Assembly: GCA_963734885.1 (NCBI GenBank)
Contig: CAVTIJ010000004.1
Span: 549,957 to 613,956 of the forward strand
Length of the DNA stretch: 64,000 nucleotides
Direction: 5' to 3'
DNA from: an uncultured Bacteroidales bacterium
GTDB lineage: Bacteria > Bacteroidota > Bacteroidia > Bacteroidales > VadinHA17
The position numbers and the translations under genes were made by a program. The notes under the pieces were generated by a model that was given only the letters and a program-made list of their open reading frames with translations, was not told where the DNA came from and ran no database searches. The first letter of the stretch is position 1. Each line of letters opens with the position of its first letter. Positions 44,953-54,744 of the stretch are shown in pieces.

Positions 44953-47040
44953 ATGAAAGGTGATTCTGTATTTAAAAAAATCATCTATTCTTCAGGATTT
45001 CAGGCAGCTTTCCCGGCGGGATTGATAATGCTGTTTCTGACTCTTCCTGTTTCAAAATATACCTTGTCAATAGAACCTGGTGACAACTGGAATGGACAGT
45101 TCCTGTATTCAGATATTAACTCAGATTCCATCTCCGAGACAGTTTATACGGGAAAAGGTTTACCTTATGATTTTGTTAGTGTCAAAAACTACGATCAGCA
45201 TTTCTATGATCAGTGGAATCTTTTGGATAGCGTTAATCCTCTTTTGTCTGATATCTCATTTGGTAATTATGATCACGACAAGTACCAGGAAATCTATATT
45301 TTCACGCATAAACAGGATTCCTTATTCCTGAATGTGAATGAAATGCTAGATCCGCATGGCACAAAAATGGACAGGATTTTCATTACCAATATTGGATTTA
45401 TAAACGGAGTTGTTACATCTACTGTATATCCTATTGGTTTTTTTGATGAGAATGGCGATGGTAAGGATGAATTTTATTTCGGGATTACTACAGGTTTCAG
45501 AAGTGATCCCCGACGACTATATTATTACGATCTGGCTAATAATAAATTAAAATCGAGCCAATTTACGGGAATGATCTGTCTTAACCCGGAAATGTGTGAT
45601 GTGAAAGGCGACAAACGGCCTGAATTTTTCGGCATGATGTCCGCATGCGGTAATTTTGGACACAATGTACCTTTCTCCGACAGCAGTACATGGTTCATGA
45701 TTTTTAATGATAGTTTAAAGTTTGAATTTCCTCCAAAGGAATTTCATGGATATGTGAACAGCCTCGAAACAAAGCCATATCAAAATGGATCGTTTAGAGG
45801 TTATGTATTGTCTCATGTGCCAATGGGTGTCGATTCAACTGTTCTCAAACCACAGGTTATGATTTTCACATATGATGGGAAACTTGTCAGATCGAAGTTA
45901 TACAGCGACCTGGGTTTATCGGGAATAGTACAATTATTTGTGATAAATTCAGATAATAAGGATAAGATCTATCTTCTTAAAGATAAGTTTCTGGAGCTTA
46001 ATGATAATCTGGAAGTTGTCAGATCGGTGGCTCTCCCGTTTAAATCTAAGTTATTAACATACAAGGTCGACATTAACGGTGATGGTGAAAATGAATTCCT
46101 CTTTTATTCAGATGCTGAAGAGAAGATTGCTATATATAATTCTGACTTGAGGAAGCTGACAGAAAGCAAATTTAAAGCGCCGGATCTTAAATGGAAGTTT
46201 TCTGATTATCTCTCAAAAGATCATGAACATAAGCTTTACGTGACTTCGGGGAATAAAGGTTACTTCCTTACAATTAAAGTCAATAAGCTCTTTTACCTAG
46301 GTTATATGGTTTACCCGGGCATCTATTTTTTGTTCCTGCTTTTTATTTTGCTGATTAAAAGGATCAATACCCTTCAGGTAGTTCAAAAAGAGAGCCTTAA
46401 CCGCCGGCTAGTGACTCTTCAGCTGCAGGGAATTAAATCACAGCTCGATCCGCATTTTACTTTTAATACCCTGAATTCGATCTCTTCGATGATTTATCAG
46501 GAAGACAGGAAGCTCGCCTACGATTATATGAATAAATTCACTCTTCTTCTCCGGAGTCTGATAAATGATGCTGAAAGGATTTATCGGAGTTTAGGCGAGG
46601 AACTTGAATTTGTGACCACATATCTTGACCTTGAAAAACTTCGTTTCGGCGATAAATTTAATTATGAGATAAAGGTTGGTGATGATATAAGCAGACTGGA
46701 ACAGGTGCCAAAACTTGTTTTACAGACATTTGCTGAGAATGCCATCAAGCATGGAATAATGTCGTGTAAAGACGGTGGCATTTTGAAAATAAAGGCGGAA
46801 AAGAATCTGGATTATCTTGTTCTCTCTATCGAAGATAATGGAATCGGACGAGTTAAAGCCGAAGGCCTCAGCCTCTCAACGGGCAAAGGTTTGAAGCTGA
46901 CCAAAGAGTTTTATGATATCTTAAACCAGATAAATAAGAAACCTATAAAATATACAATCATAGATTTACACAACGGGAATGGCATGTCAACGGGTACGAG
47001 AGTTGAGGTTTGGGTCCCTGTTTTTGAAAACGATCAGTAA
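44953..47040 (+). CDS. LytS/YehU-type sensor histidine kinase with large extracytoplasmic FG-GAP/VCBS-like domain
   Basis: His_kinase-type H-box LQLQGIKSQLDPHFTFNTLNSI and an HATPase_c domain. About 440 N-terminal residues carry DENGDGKDEF and DINGDGENEF repeats, followed by one TM segment. Confidence 0.85.
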   Translation: MKGDSVFKKIIYSSGFQAAFPAGLIMLFLTLPVSKYTLSIEPGDNWNGQFLYSDINSDSISETVYTGKGLPYDFVSVKNYDQHFYDQWNLLDSVNPLLSDISFGNYDHDKYQEIYIFTHKQDSLFLNVNEMLDPHGTKMDRIFITNIGFINGVVTSTVYPIGFFDENGDGKDEFYFGITTGFRSDPRRLYYYDLANNKLKSSQFTGMICLNPEMCDVKGDKRPEFFGMMSACGNFGHNVPFSDSSTWFMIFNDSLKFEFPPKEFHGYVNSLETKPYQNGSFRGYVLSHVPMGVDSTVLKPQVMIFTYDGKLVRSKLYSDLGLSGIVQLFVINSDNKDKIYLLKDKFLELNDNLEVVRSVALPFKSKLLTYKVDINGDGENEFLFYSDAEEKIAIYNSDLRKLTESKFKAPDLKWKFSDYLSKDHEHKLYVTSGNKGYFLTIKVNKLFYLGYMVYPGIYFLFLLFILLIKRINTLQVVQKESLNRRLVTLQLQGIKSQLDPHFTFNTLNSISSMIYQEDRKLAYDYMNKFTLLLRSLINDAERIYRSLGEELEFVTTYLDLEKLRFGDKFNYEIKVGDDISRLEQVPKLVLQTFAENAIKHGIMSCKDGGILKIKAEKNLDYLVLSIEDNGIGRVKAEGLSLSTGKGLKLTKEFYDILNQINKKPIKYTIIDLHNGNGMSTGTRVEVWVPVFENDQ

Positions 47041-47936
47041 ATCCATGCAGGCCTTTCAGGCAATACCTCCAGGAATTTCCTGATAAGCCCATCTTCATAG
47101 ATTCCGGCAAAATTTCCGCAAGTGAATTTTTCAAGACCGTCATTTATGAAATCCTTCCATGAATCATCTTCTTTCCCCGGAATGACCGGATAGAACAGGA
47201 TACCATTGTTTATGGCAGCCTCAAGGTCGCCTTTTGCATCTCCGATCATAAGAATTTTGTTTGCTGAATATTTTGCTTTGGCCGCAATTGCAAGATGTTC
47301 AGTTTTGGTTCCGTGTTCCTGGCCTGCAATAGTATTGACATATTTTTTCAGATCGTGCTCTCTCCATTCCCGTTCAAGAGCTTCAAGAGGTGTCTGAGAT
47401 ACAATCACAATATCTGCGATTACAGATAATTGTTCAATACCAAGCCTGGCATGGCCGAAAGGTGGAATATTCCGCAGATTGTCAGAGATATCCTTGTTAA
47501 CCGCTTCAGTCCATGTAACAACCATTTCAAGTTCAGCATCATAATTTGAATCAAAATATGCTCGAAGGTTGGCATTACTCAGTTTTGTTTCTTTTTTTAT
47601 CCACTGTTTAAGTGAGATTAGCTGAGGCAATCTGATGTTTTTGTCAATGATACCTTTTCTCTTCGCGAGAAGTTCAAAAACCTTAACCAGTGAGTTAAAC
47701 CTGTTCCCTCCCCTGAAAATTGAATAAAGATTTACAAATTCCCATGTTTCCTTCACTTCCTCTGATATTTCATACAGGTTGAAATATTTTATGGCATTTG
47801 GAATAAAAAATTCCTTTTGCTTTATTTCCATTGTATCAAATACACATCCGTCAGAATCAATTCCGACAAAGAAATCGTGACGGGGTTTCAGGTTTCGTAA
47901 AGCTGACTGGTAGTCCATTTGAGTTGAAAAGTTCAA
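47034..47936 (-). CDS. HAD-superfamily hydrolase, function unknown
   Basis: Motif I FVGIDSDGCVFDT and motif IV MIGDAKGDLEAA. Confidence 0.7.
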   Translation of the reverse strand: MNFSTQMDYQSALRNLKPRHDFFVGIDSDGCVFDTMEIKQKEFFIPNAIKYFNLYEISEEVKETWEFVNLYSIFRGGNRFNSLVKVFELLAKRKGIIDKNIRLPQLISLKQWIKKETKLSNANLRAYFDSNYDAELEMVVTWTEAVNKDISDNLRNIPPFGHARLGIEQLSVIADIVIVSQTPLEALEREWREHDLKKYVNTIAGQEHGTKTEHLAIAAKAKYSANKILMIGDAKGDLEAAINNGILFYPVIPGKEDDSWKDFINDGLEKFTCGNFAGIYEDGLIRKFLEVLPERPAWIY

Positions 47937-48140
47937 AAGTAAGGAAAATTGTGATAATGATCAGGGAAGAGGTAAATTTCCTTAATTCGGGCTACTGCCA
48001 TTCTTTAGTTTCATTCTAAATTAGGAACTATGACTTTTGTAAGTTTTTTTTAAAAAGTATTGTTATTAATTTAACAGCACTTTTGAAAAGAGCTTTTATA
48101 AAGTAAAAGGATTATTTAATTCATTAAAATTAAGATAGAT

Positions 48141-48605
48141 ATGTATCAAGTAGGAAATCTGGTTAAGGAATTGTCCGACAAACATGGTCATGAACGTGAG
48201 AGCCTGATGCCAATTCTTCAGGCAATAGTGCAGAAACACAATTATCTGACTGATGAAGCAATGGTCGAAGTTGCACGTGAACTCGATATCTCAGCAGCTG
48301 AAGTTTATGGAACAGCTTCCTTTTACACTTTTCTCGACACTCAGGTGAAAGGGAAATATGTTATCAGGGTTTGTAAAACTATTACATGCTCAATGAAGGG
48401 GAAAGGCGATATTATTCATACTCTTGAAGATATGCTTAAAATAAAAGTTGGTGAAACAACTCCCGATAAACAGTTCAGTCTGATTGAAACCAACTGCATC
48501 GGATGGTGCCATAAAGCTCCGGCTATTCTTATAAATGATATGCCATATACAGAGCTTACTCCTGAGAAAGTGACTGAAATTATTAAAGATTACATGCAAA
48601 AATAA
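48141..48605 (+). CDS. NuoE/HydC-like [2Fe-2S] thioredoxin-fold subunit of an NAD(P)-linked [FeFe] hydrogenase
   Basis: The pattern VCKTITCSMKG ... CIGWCHKAP is the NuoE-type Cys pattern. It is first in a three-gene operon. Confidence 0.85.
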   Translation: MYQVGNLVKELSDKHGHERESLMPILQAIVQKHNYLTDEAMVEVARELDISAAEVYGTASFYTFLDTQVKGKYVIRVCKTITCSMKGKGDIIHTLEDMLKIKVGETTPDKQFSLIETNCIGWCHKAPAILINDMPYTELTPEKVTEIIKDYMQK

Positions 48606-48614
48606 ATATCCGCC

Positions 48615-49775
48615 ATGGAAAATAAAGGATTAAATAAAGTAGGTCTTATTTTTGAAAAAATAGATAATCATGAAGTGCTTGCAAAAGGCTTCAAAATGAC
48701 AAGAGAAGAGATTATCCAGGAGATGCTCGATTCAGGACTCAAAGGAAGAGGCGGCGCCGGATTTCCGACAGGTATGAAATGGAAATTCACTGCAGTTGAA
48801 AAAAATCCTGATAAATATATCGTATGCAATGCTGACGAAGGGGAACCCGGTACATTTAAGGATCGTGAGATACTCGACAGGGTTTCAAATAAGGTTCACG
48901 GAGGTATGGCCATTGCAGGAAAAGCTATCGGAGCGAAGAAAGGTATTGTTTACCTGAGGGGAGAATACAGATATCTTCTGCCAAAATTAATGATAGAACT
49001 CGAATCATTCCATAAGATGATTAAAGAAATCGGTTATGATTTCAATATCGAATATCGTATGGGCAGCGGCGCTTATATCTGCGGTGAAGAAAGCGCTCTC
49101 TTTGAATCGATCGAAGGAAAAAGAGGTGAACCAAGAAATAAGCCTCCTTATCCAACTGTTTCCGGTGTTTTTGGCAAACCTACCTCAATTAACAATGTTG
49201 AAACTCTGGTGACAGCAATGATGATCATTAAACACGGAGCAAAGAACTTCATTCAATACGGAACCAAAGATTCAAGAGGGTCGAAGGTATTCTCAATCTC
49301 CGGTGATACCCCGACTCCGGGGATTTTTGAACTGGAACTTGGGATGACTGTTCAGCAGTTTGTTAATGAATTCGGTGATGGCGATACAAAAGCTGTCCAG
49401 GTAGGAGGGGCATCAGGTTTCTGTGTACCCAGGAAAAAGTTTGCTGAAACCATCATTGGTTTTGAAGGAGTTCCGACAGGTGGTTCTATGAAGCTTTTCA
49501 ACAGCTCGCGATCGATGTACAATGTCCTTCATAATTATCTTGATTTCTTTACGGAAGAATCATGTGGTCAATGCACTCCTTGCCGGGTAGGTTGCCAGCA
49601 GTTGCTTAAAGGTGTTGAAAAGGTGAAAAAAGGAGAAGCAAAATCCACATACCTTAATGAACTCATGAAGTTAGCGGATACTATGAAGATAGCTGCTAAA
49701 TGCGGTCTCGGACAATCTGTCGGAAATGCGTTCAAATCGATAGTTGGCAATTTTAAGGAAGAGATCATCTATTAA
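48615..49775 (+). CDS. NuoF/HydB-like FMN/NAD(P)H-binding flavoprotein subunit (minimal form)
   Basis: GRGGAGFPTGMKW, CNADEGEPGTFKDR and the [4Fe-4S] motif ESCGQCTPCR. Confidence 0.85.
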   Translation: MENKGLNKVGLIFEKIDNHEVLAKGFKMTREEIIQEMLDSGLKGRGGAGFPTGMKWKFTAVEKNPDKYIVCNADEGEPGTFKDREILDRVSNKVHGGMAIAGKAIGAKKGIVYLRGEYRYLLPKLMIELESFHKMIKEIGYDFNIEYRMGSGAYICGEESALFESIEGKRGEPRNKPPYPTVSGVFGKPTSINNVETLVTAMMIIKHGAKNFIQYGTKDSRGSKVFSISGDTPTPGIFELELGMTVQQFVNEFGDGDTKAVQVGGASGFCVPRKKFAETIIGFEGVPTGGSMKLFNSSRSMYNVLHNYLDFFTEESCGQCTPCRVGCQQLLKGVEKVKKGEAKSTYLNELMKLADTMKIAAKCGLGQSVGNAFKSIVGNFKEEIIY

Positions 49776-49796
49776 ACAATCAAAAAAAGAAGAATT

Positions 49797-51578
49797 ATGA
49801 TAAATCTACTTATAAATGACCAGAAGGTCTCGGTTCAGGAAGGAACAACTGTCCTGGCAGCTGCAAAGAAACTGAAGATAAACATTCCTACATTGTGTAA
49901 CCATGATGACCTCTGTGTTGCAGGTAATTGCCGGGTTTGTATTGTCGAGCAGAAAGGAGCTAGAACACTTATTGCTTCTTGCGCAACTCCGGCAGCTGAA
50001 GGTATGGAAATTCATACAAATACGCTGAAGGTCAGAAATGCCCGCAAGCATATAGTTGAACTGTTGCTTTCAGAACACAGATCAGATTGCACGAAATGTT
50101 ACAAAAACCAGAACTGCGAGTTGCAAAAACTTGCAAATGATTTTGCATTTGGTGACCACGTTTTCCTTGATCTCGTAGAAGACAAAAAATACAGTATTGA
50201 CAGATCATCGGCATCATTCATAAAAGATGACAGTAAATGTATAAGGTGCCAGCGCTGTGTAAGAACCTGTTCAGAATTGCAGTCAATATCAGCTATCGCT
50301 GTTGCAAATAAAGGTGCGCATCAGAAGATTTCTTCCTTCCACGACAGGCCAATGAGCCAGGTGGTTTGTTCAAATTGCGGCCAATGTGTTAACCGCTGCC
50401 CGACGGGTGCATTGGTTGAAAAAACCGCTATCGATCAGGTTTGGGATGCAATTTACGATCCTGATAAACATGTGGTCGTGCAAACTGCTCCTGCTGTGAG
50501 AGTTGCTTTAGGTGAAGACCTCGGCTATGATCCCGGCGAAAGAGTTACAGGTAAGATGGTTAATGCTCTCAGACAGCTTGGATTCGATTCAGTTCTGGAT
50601 ACTGACTTTAGCGCCGACCTTACAATTATGGAAGAAGGCACGGAACTGCTCGTAAGACTGAAAAAAGCTTTGGTTGACGGAGATAAAAAGATTTCGTTAC
50701 CTATGTTCACATCATGTTCACCAGGCTGGATAAAATTTATTGAACATAAATATCCGGAATATCTTCCAAATCTTTCAACTTGCAAATCGCCCCAGCAAAT
50801 GTTTGGAGCTCTTGCTAAAACTTTTTATGCTAAAAAGCGCAATATTGATCCCTCAAAGATCGTTTCTGTATCAGTTATGCCATGCACTGCCAAGAAATTT
50901 GAAGCTGACAGACCTGAGATGAGGGCGAGCGGTTATAAAGATGTGGATTTTGTACTTACTACCCGCGAACTTGCTGTTATGATTAAGCAAGCTGGTATTG
51001 ATTTCAGAAATATTGAAGAGGCAAAATACGATTCAGTAATGGGTGATTCAACAGGTGCTGCAGTAATCTTCGGAGCAACCGGAGGTGTCATGGAAGCTGC
51101 ATTACGTACTGCTTATGAAATAGTTACCGGACGTGAGGTGCCATTTGGCAATCTCAATATCACTCCGGTCAGGGGTATGGAAGGTGTCAAAGAAGCTTCT
51201 GTAAAGATTGAAGGTTGTGTTGAAGCCTGGAAATTCCTTGAGGGTGCTGAACTGAAAGTAGCAATTGCACACGGCCTGGCAAATGCCAATAAATTAATGA
51301 AGTTAGTAAGAGATGGTAAAGCATCTTATCACTTCATTGAGATTATGGGTTGCCCGGGTGGTTGTATCGGAGGTGGCGGTCAGCCAATCCCTACAAATAT
51401 GGCAATCAGGCAGAAACGTATGAAAGCTATCTATGCTGAAGATGAACATATGACGCTACGCAAGTCGCATGAAAATCCTGAGGTAATAGCAATCTATAAA
51501 GAGTTTCTTGATCAGCCAAACAGCCATAAATCACACGAGCTTCTTCATACTCATTATGTAGAACGCGATAACTATTAG
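49797..51578 (+). CDS. hydA: [FeFe]-hydrogenase catalytic subunit (M3 architecture, group A3-like)
   Basis: N-terminal 2Fe-2S motif (CNHDDLCVAGNCRVC), HxxxCxxC cluster motif, two ferredoxin motifs (CIRCQRCVRTC, CSNCGQCVNRCP), and H-cluster motifs L1 FTSCSPGW, L2 MPCTAKKFE and L3 EIMGCPGGCIGGGGQP. Confidence 0.9.
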   Translation: MINLLINDQKVSVQEGTTVLAAAKKLKINIPTLCNHDDLCVAGNCRVCIVEQKGARTLIASCATPAAEGMEIHTNTLKVRNARKHIVELLLSEHRSDCTKCYKNQNCELQKLANDFAFGDHVFLDLVEDKKYSIDRSSASFIKDDSKCIRCQRCVRTCSELQSISAIAVANKGAHQKISSFHDRPMSQVVCSNCGQCVNRCPTGALVEKTAIDQVWDAIYDPDKHVVVQTAPAVRVALGEDLGYDPGERVTGKMVNALRQLGFDSVLDTDFSADLTIMEEGTELLVRLKKALVDGDKKISLPMFTSCSPGWIKFIEHKYPEYLPNLSTCKSPQQMFGALAKTFYAKKRNIDPSKIVSVSVMPCTAKKFEADRPEMRASGYKDVDFVLTTRELAVMIKQAGIDFRNIEEAKYDSVMGDSTGAAVIFGATGGVMEAALRTAYEIVTGREVPFGNLNITPVRGMEGVKEASVKIEGCVEAWKFLEGAELKVAIAHGLANANKLMKLVRDGKASYHFIEIMGCPGGCIGGGGQPIPTNMAIRQKRMKAIYAEDEHMTLRKSHENPEVIAIYKEFLDQPNSHKSHELLHTHYVERDNY

Positions 51579-51612
51579 ATATTAACCTGAACTGAATCTA
51601 ACTTGTAGAGTT

Positions 51613-51644
51613 AGCCGGCTGATCCTTCAGCCGGCTTTTTTTTA
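51613..51644 (+). terminator. rho-independent terminator after hydA
   Basis: A perfect 10-bp stem, agccggctga (51613-51622) with tcagccggct (51627-51636), plus a T8 run. Confidence 0.85.
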
Positions 51645-51663
51645 TTAAGTATTATATTTTTTT

Positions 51664-51727
51664 GCCACCAAGGGGCACTAAGGTGCAAAGTAACACCAGG
51701 GATTTGTGATTGAAAACTCTTGGTGGT
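51664..51727. repeat. degenerate relative of the CACAAAGG element (CACCAAGG words, copy A4)
   Basis: An 8-nt inverted repeat, ccaccaag (51665-51672) and cttggtgg (51719-51726), with inner words ggcactaagg, tgcaaag and atttgtg. Confidence 0.45.
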
Positions 51728-51748
51728 ACAAGAAAATGGTTTAGGTAT

Positions 51749-54655
51749 TTATCCTATAATATTGAGTATCTGCTGGATATCAATTTCTTTAAGCGGATTA
51801 TTGCTTGAAATAAAGACATCAGCAAGCTGTGACTTTTTCTCCTGCAGTCTTACGATTTTTTCTTCGATACTGTTGCTCGTTATATACCTGTAGACGAATA
51901 CGCTTTTATGCTGGCCGATACGGTGAGCGCGGTTGAGCGCCTGCATTTCAGAAGCAGGGTTCCACCAGGGATCGAGAATAAAAACATAATCGGCAGCTGT
52001 AAGATTAAGCCCTACACCCCCGGCCTTAAGCGAGATAAGGAATATTTTATTCTCAGGATCTGACTGGAAACTGTCCACGATTTTTTCTCTTTTAGTACTG
52101 GCACCTGTAAGCATTGCATACCGGATCCTTTTTCTTTTTAGTTCTTCAGCATATAGATCAAGATGCTTTACAAATGAGGAAAACACAAGTATTTTATGGC
52201 CCTCTGAAATAACACTTTCCATATCCTGCAGCACTGTTTCAAACTTACCTGACCCTGCTGAATATTCATCATTAGCCAGCACCGGGTGATTTGATAGCTG
52301 CCTTAGCTTCATCAGGCCCTGGAGAACCACAATAGCTGATTTCTCGAGACCAGTTGATGCAATACTTTTAAGTATGCTGTTCCTGACTGAGGATTTTTCT
52401 TCATCATAAACCTTAAACTGCTCCTCTGTCATATCACAAAAAACAGTTTGTTCACTTACAGGAGGAAGATCAGTAGCCACATTTTCTTTTGTACGCCTAA
52501 GTATGAATGGCTTGATAATTTTTCTGAGCTCAATTTCTTTCTCGTCATCACCAAGCTTTTCAATGGGTTTGGCGAATTCCCGTCTGAAAAAAGTAAGATC
52601 ACCCAGCAAACCGGGATTCACGAAATTTAATTGAGTCCAGAGATCTGTCAATGAGTTTTCAACAGGCGTTCCTGTAAGTACCAGTTTAAATCTGGACTTT
52701 AAAGCAGTAACAGTCCGGTAAAGCATTGATGTCGGGTTTTTAATTACCTGGCTTTCATCTAGTATTATGTAATGAAAATAAAATGAGGATATCAGGTCAA
52801 CATCCTGACGAATGGTGTGGTAACTTGAGAGAATAATGTCATAATTCGGGAAATATGTAACTGATTTTTTTCTTTGATTCCCTTTATAACTGTACACTTT
52901 CAAATCCGGCACAAATCTCTTTATCTCATTTTCCCAGTTATATATGAGCGAAGCGGGAACAATAATAAGTGATGTAAGCTTCTGACCTGAATTTTGTGTT
53001 TCGAAATCTTCCTTGTTATGCTGAAGAAGAGCCAGTGTCTGGATCGTCTTGCCTAATCCCATGTCATCAGCAAGACAACCACCCAGGCCAGCCGTCTGAA
53101 GGAAATTAAGCCAGTTCAGACCCTCAGACTGGTATTGTCTCATAGTGCAATTCAGACCTTTTGGATTTTGGAGAACAGGTATCTGATCGGGAATAAGCAA
53201 TTTCTGCAGCCTTTCATAACCCATTTTCCCTTCATCGCTGAGAGCATCATTAAGGAGCGAAAAATGTTGCTTGTGCAATTTCAGCGAATCATCGGAAGCC
53301 TTCCCAAACTCAAAGATGTTTTTATATTTTGTAAACCATGTTTCGGGCAAAATGGCTATCGAACCATCTGGTAATTTGTATTCTCTGATCCCTTCAAGAA
53401 TATTTTTTCTGAACCGGCTGAAAGGAATTATCCATTCTCCAATTTTAACCGACGCTTTAAGATCAAACCAGTCATTAATAATTTCGCTGCTGATTGTTAT
53501 ATCTACCGGCTTCAGATTATAATTATAGTCAAGTTTCGATTTAAGAGTAAATCCGGAATCAATAATTTCATTGTAGTTATTATTAACAAATTCAATTATT
53601 GAATAAAAATCATCCTTAAGTTTACTGATAGGGAAATAATTTATCTCATCATCAGAGAAGAAGCCAAGATCTTCTAATTTTTTGTGGCATTCCTTTTCCC
53701 ACTTAAAATCGCGATGATATTTATTGAACAGGAAACTGTCATTTGCTTTTTCAAACACAGTGAAAGAAGAAGCTGTATCAGTTGAGAAAATTTTATTTCC
53801 GTGGTATTCAAATTGTAAGATCAACCCGGTTTTGCCGTTTAAGCCTGTTCCCAGATCGAGATGGGCTTCTTTCACAGGCTGGGATTCGATAATCTCAAAT
53901 CCGGAATTCTCTACTTTATAGCTGTTTATTGTATTACGGACAAAACTGCTGAAATAATTCAGTTCAGATTTTTTTGGAATAATAACATCATCTTTTATAA
54001 GGAAAGGTTTCAGCCGTGAACCTTCTACCTGTGATACAAATATCACTCTAAAATCATCCCTAATAATACAAGGTGAATTACACAGAATTTCGATAGATTC
54101 CTTTCTCAGGTCAATTTTCTCACCAGCGCATTCAAGAGTAAGATTATAAAAGCTTTGTTCATCACCTTTAATGAATTTAAAGACTGGTTCTGCATTTTCT
54201 CCGGCGAGGATAAGTTGATCTTCAGGATGAAGAGTCCCAGCCTTTTTCTTCCTGTAGTAAAGAGGAATATTTTCATCCCTCAAAATTGTCAGACATTTGA
54301 AAAGTCTTCTTTCAATATAGGGTCTTATGAAATTCTCAAGTTTGTCAGCTGTTATTTTTTCGAGAAATTCCTTCACCGTCTTTTCCCTGGAATATAATTT
54401 GAAAAGAGATCTGTCAGAATACTCATTAATAATCTTTACTAATTCCCGTTCTTCAGGGTTGAGTGAACTTAATGTGTCAGTATTTGGATAAGGAGACAAA
54501 CATTCGGATAACCGGTAATAACCTCTGCCTGGTTCTCTTTCCATGATGTAGGGAAACAAAACAGATCCCCATAACCGGTGATCGAATAATATTAATGCAA
54601 ACAATTCTTTCCTATCTGACCTTGTATCCAAAGCAATTAATTTATTAATTTGCAA
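51749..54655 (-). CDS. SNF2-family (RapA/HepA-like) ATP-dependent helicase/translocase
   Basis: Motif I LADDMGLGKT, motif II ILDESQVIKN, the C-terminal helicase lobe (LISLKAGGVGLNLTAADYVFILDPWWNPASEMQALNRAHRIGQ), and an uncharacterised N-region of about 500 aa. Confidence 0.85.
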   Translation of the reverse strand: MQINKLIALDTRSDRKELFALILFDHRLWGSVLFPYIMEREPGRGYYRLSECLSPYPNTDTLSSLNPEERELVKIINEYSDRSLFKLYSREKTVKEFLEKITADKLENFIRPYIERRLFKCLTILRDENIPLYYRKKKAGTLHPEDQLILAGENAEPVFKFIKGDEQSFYNLTLECAGEKIDLRKESIEILCNSPCIIRDDFRVIFVSQVEGSRLKPFLIKDDVIIPKKSELNYFSSFVRNTINSYKVENSGFEIIESQPVKEAHLDLGTGLNGKTGLILQFEYHGNKIFSTDTASSFTVFEKANDSFLFNKYHRDFKWEKECHKKLEDLGFFSDDEINYFPISKLKDDFYSIIEFVNNNYNEIIDSGFTLKSKLDYNYNLKPVDITISSEIINDWFDLKASVKIGEWIIPFSRFRKNILEGIREYKLPDGSIAILPETWFTKYKNIFEFGKASDDSLKLHKQHFSLLNDALSDEGKMGYERLQKLLIPDQIPVLQNPKGLNCTMRQYQSEGLNWLNFLQTAGLGGCLADDMGLGKTIQTLALLQHNKEDFETQNSGQKLTSLIIVPASLIYNWENEIKRFVPDLKVYSYKGNQRKKSVTYFPNYDIILSSYHTIRQDVDLISSFYFHYIILDESQVIKNPTSMLYRTVTALKSRFKLVLTGTPVENSLTDLWTQLNFVNPGLLGDLTFFRREFAKPIEKLGDDEKEIELRKIIKPFILRRTKENVATDLPPVSEQTVFCDMTEEQFKVYDEEKSSVRNSILKSIASTGLEKSAIVVLQGLMKLRQLSNHPVLANDEYSAGSGKFETVLQDMESVISEGHKILVFSSFVKHLDLYAEELKRKRIRYAMLTGASTKREKIVDSFQSDPENKIFLISLKAGGVGLNLTAADYVFILDPWWNPASEMQALNRAHRIGQHKSVFVYRYITSNSIEEKIVRLQEKKSQLADVFISSNNPLKEIDIQQILNIIG

Positions 54656-54691
54656 TAATGGTCAATGTTGGTCAAATATCAAAGCATAAAT

Positions 54692-54725
54692 AAAAAAGGT
54701 TTCCAATTCAGGAAACCTTTTTTAT
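54692..54725 (-). terminator. symmetric (bidirectional-looking) terminator hairpin
   Basis: The text aaaaaaggtttcc aattca ggaaacctttttt lies directly downstream of the minus-strand small ORF. Confidence 0.65.
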
Positions 54726-54744
54726 TCTTTCGAAGGGTTTTTTA

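Noticed and set aside
2243-51727. The word-stutter repeats as a possible CRISPR or minisatellite array.
   Set aside because: The units are 7-15 nt, with 2-4 copies per site, no unique spacers of regular length and no cas genes. The architecture is inverted-repeat hairpins, not repeat-spacer arrays.
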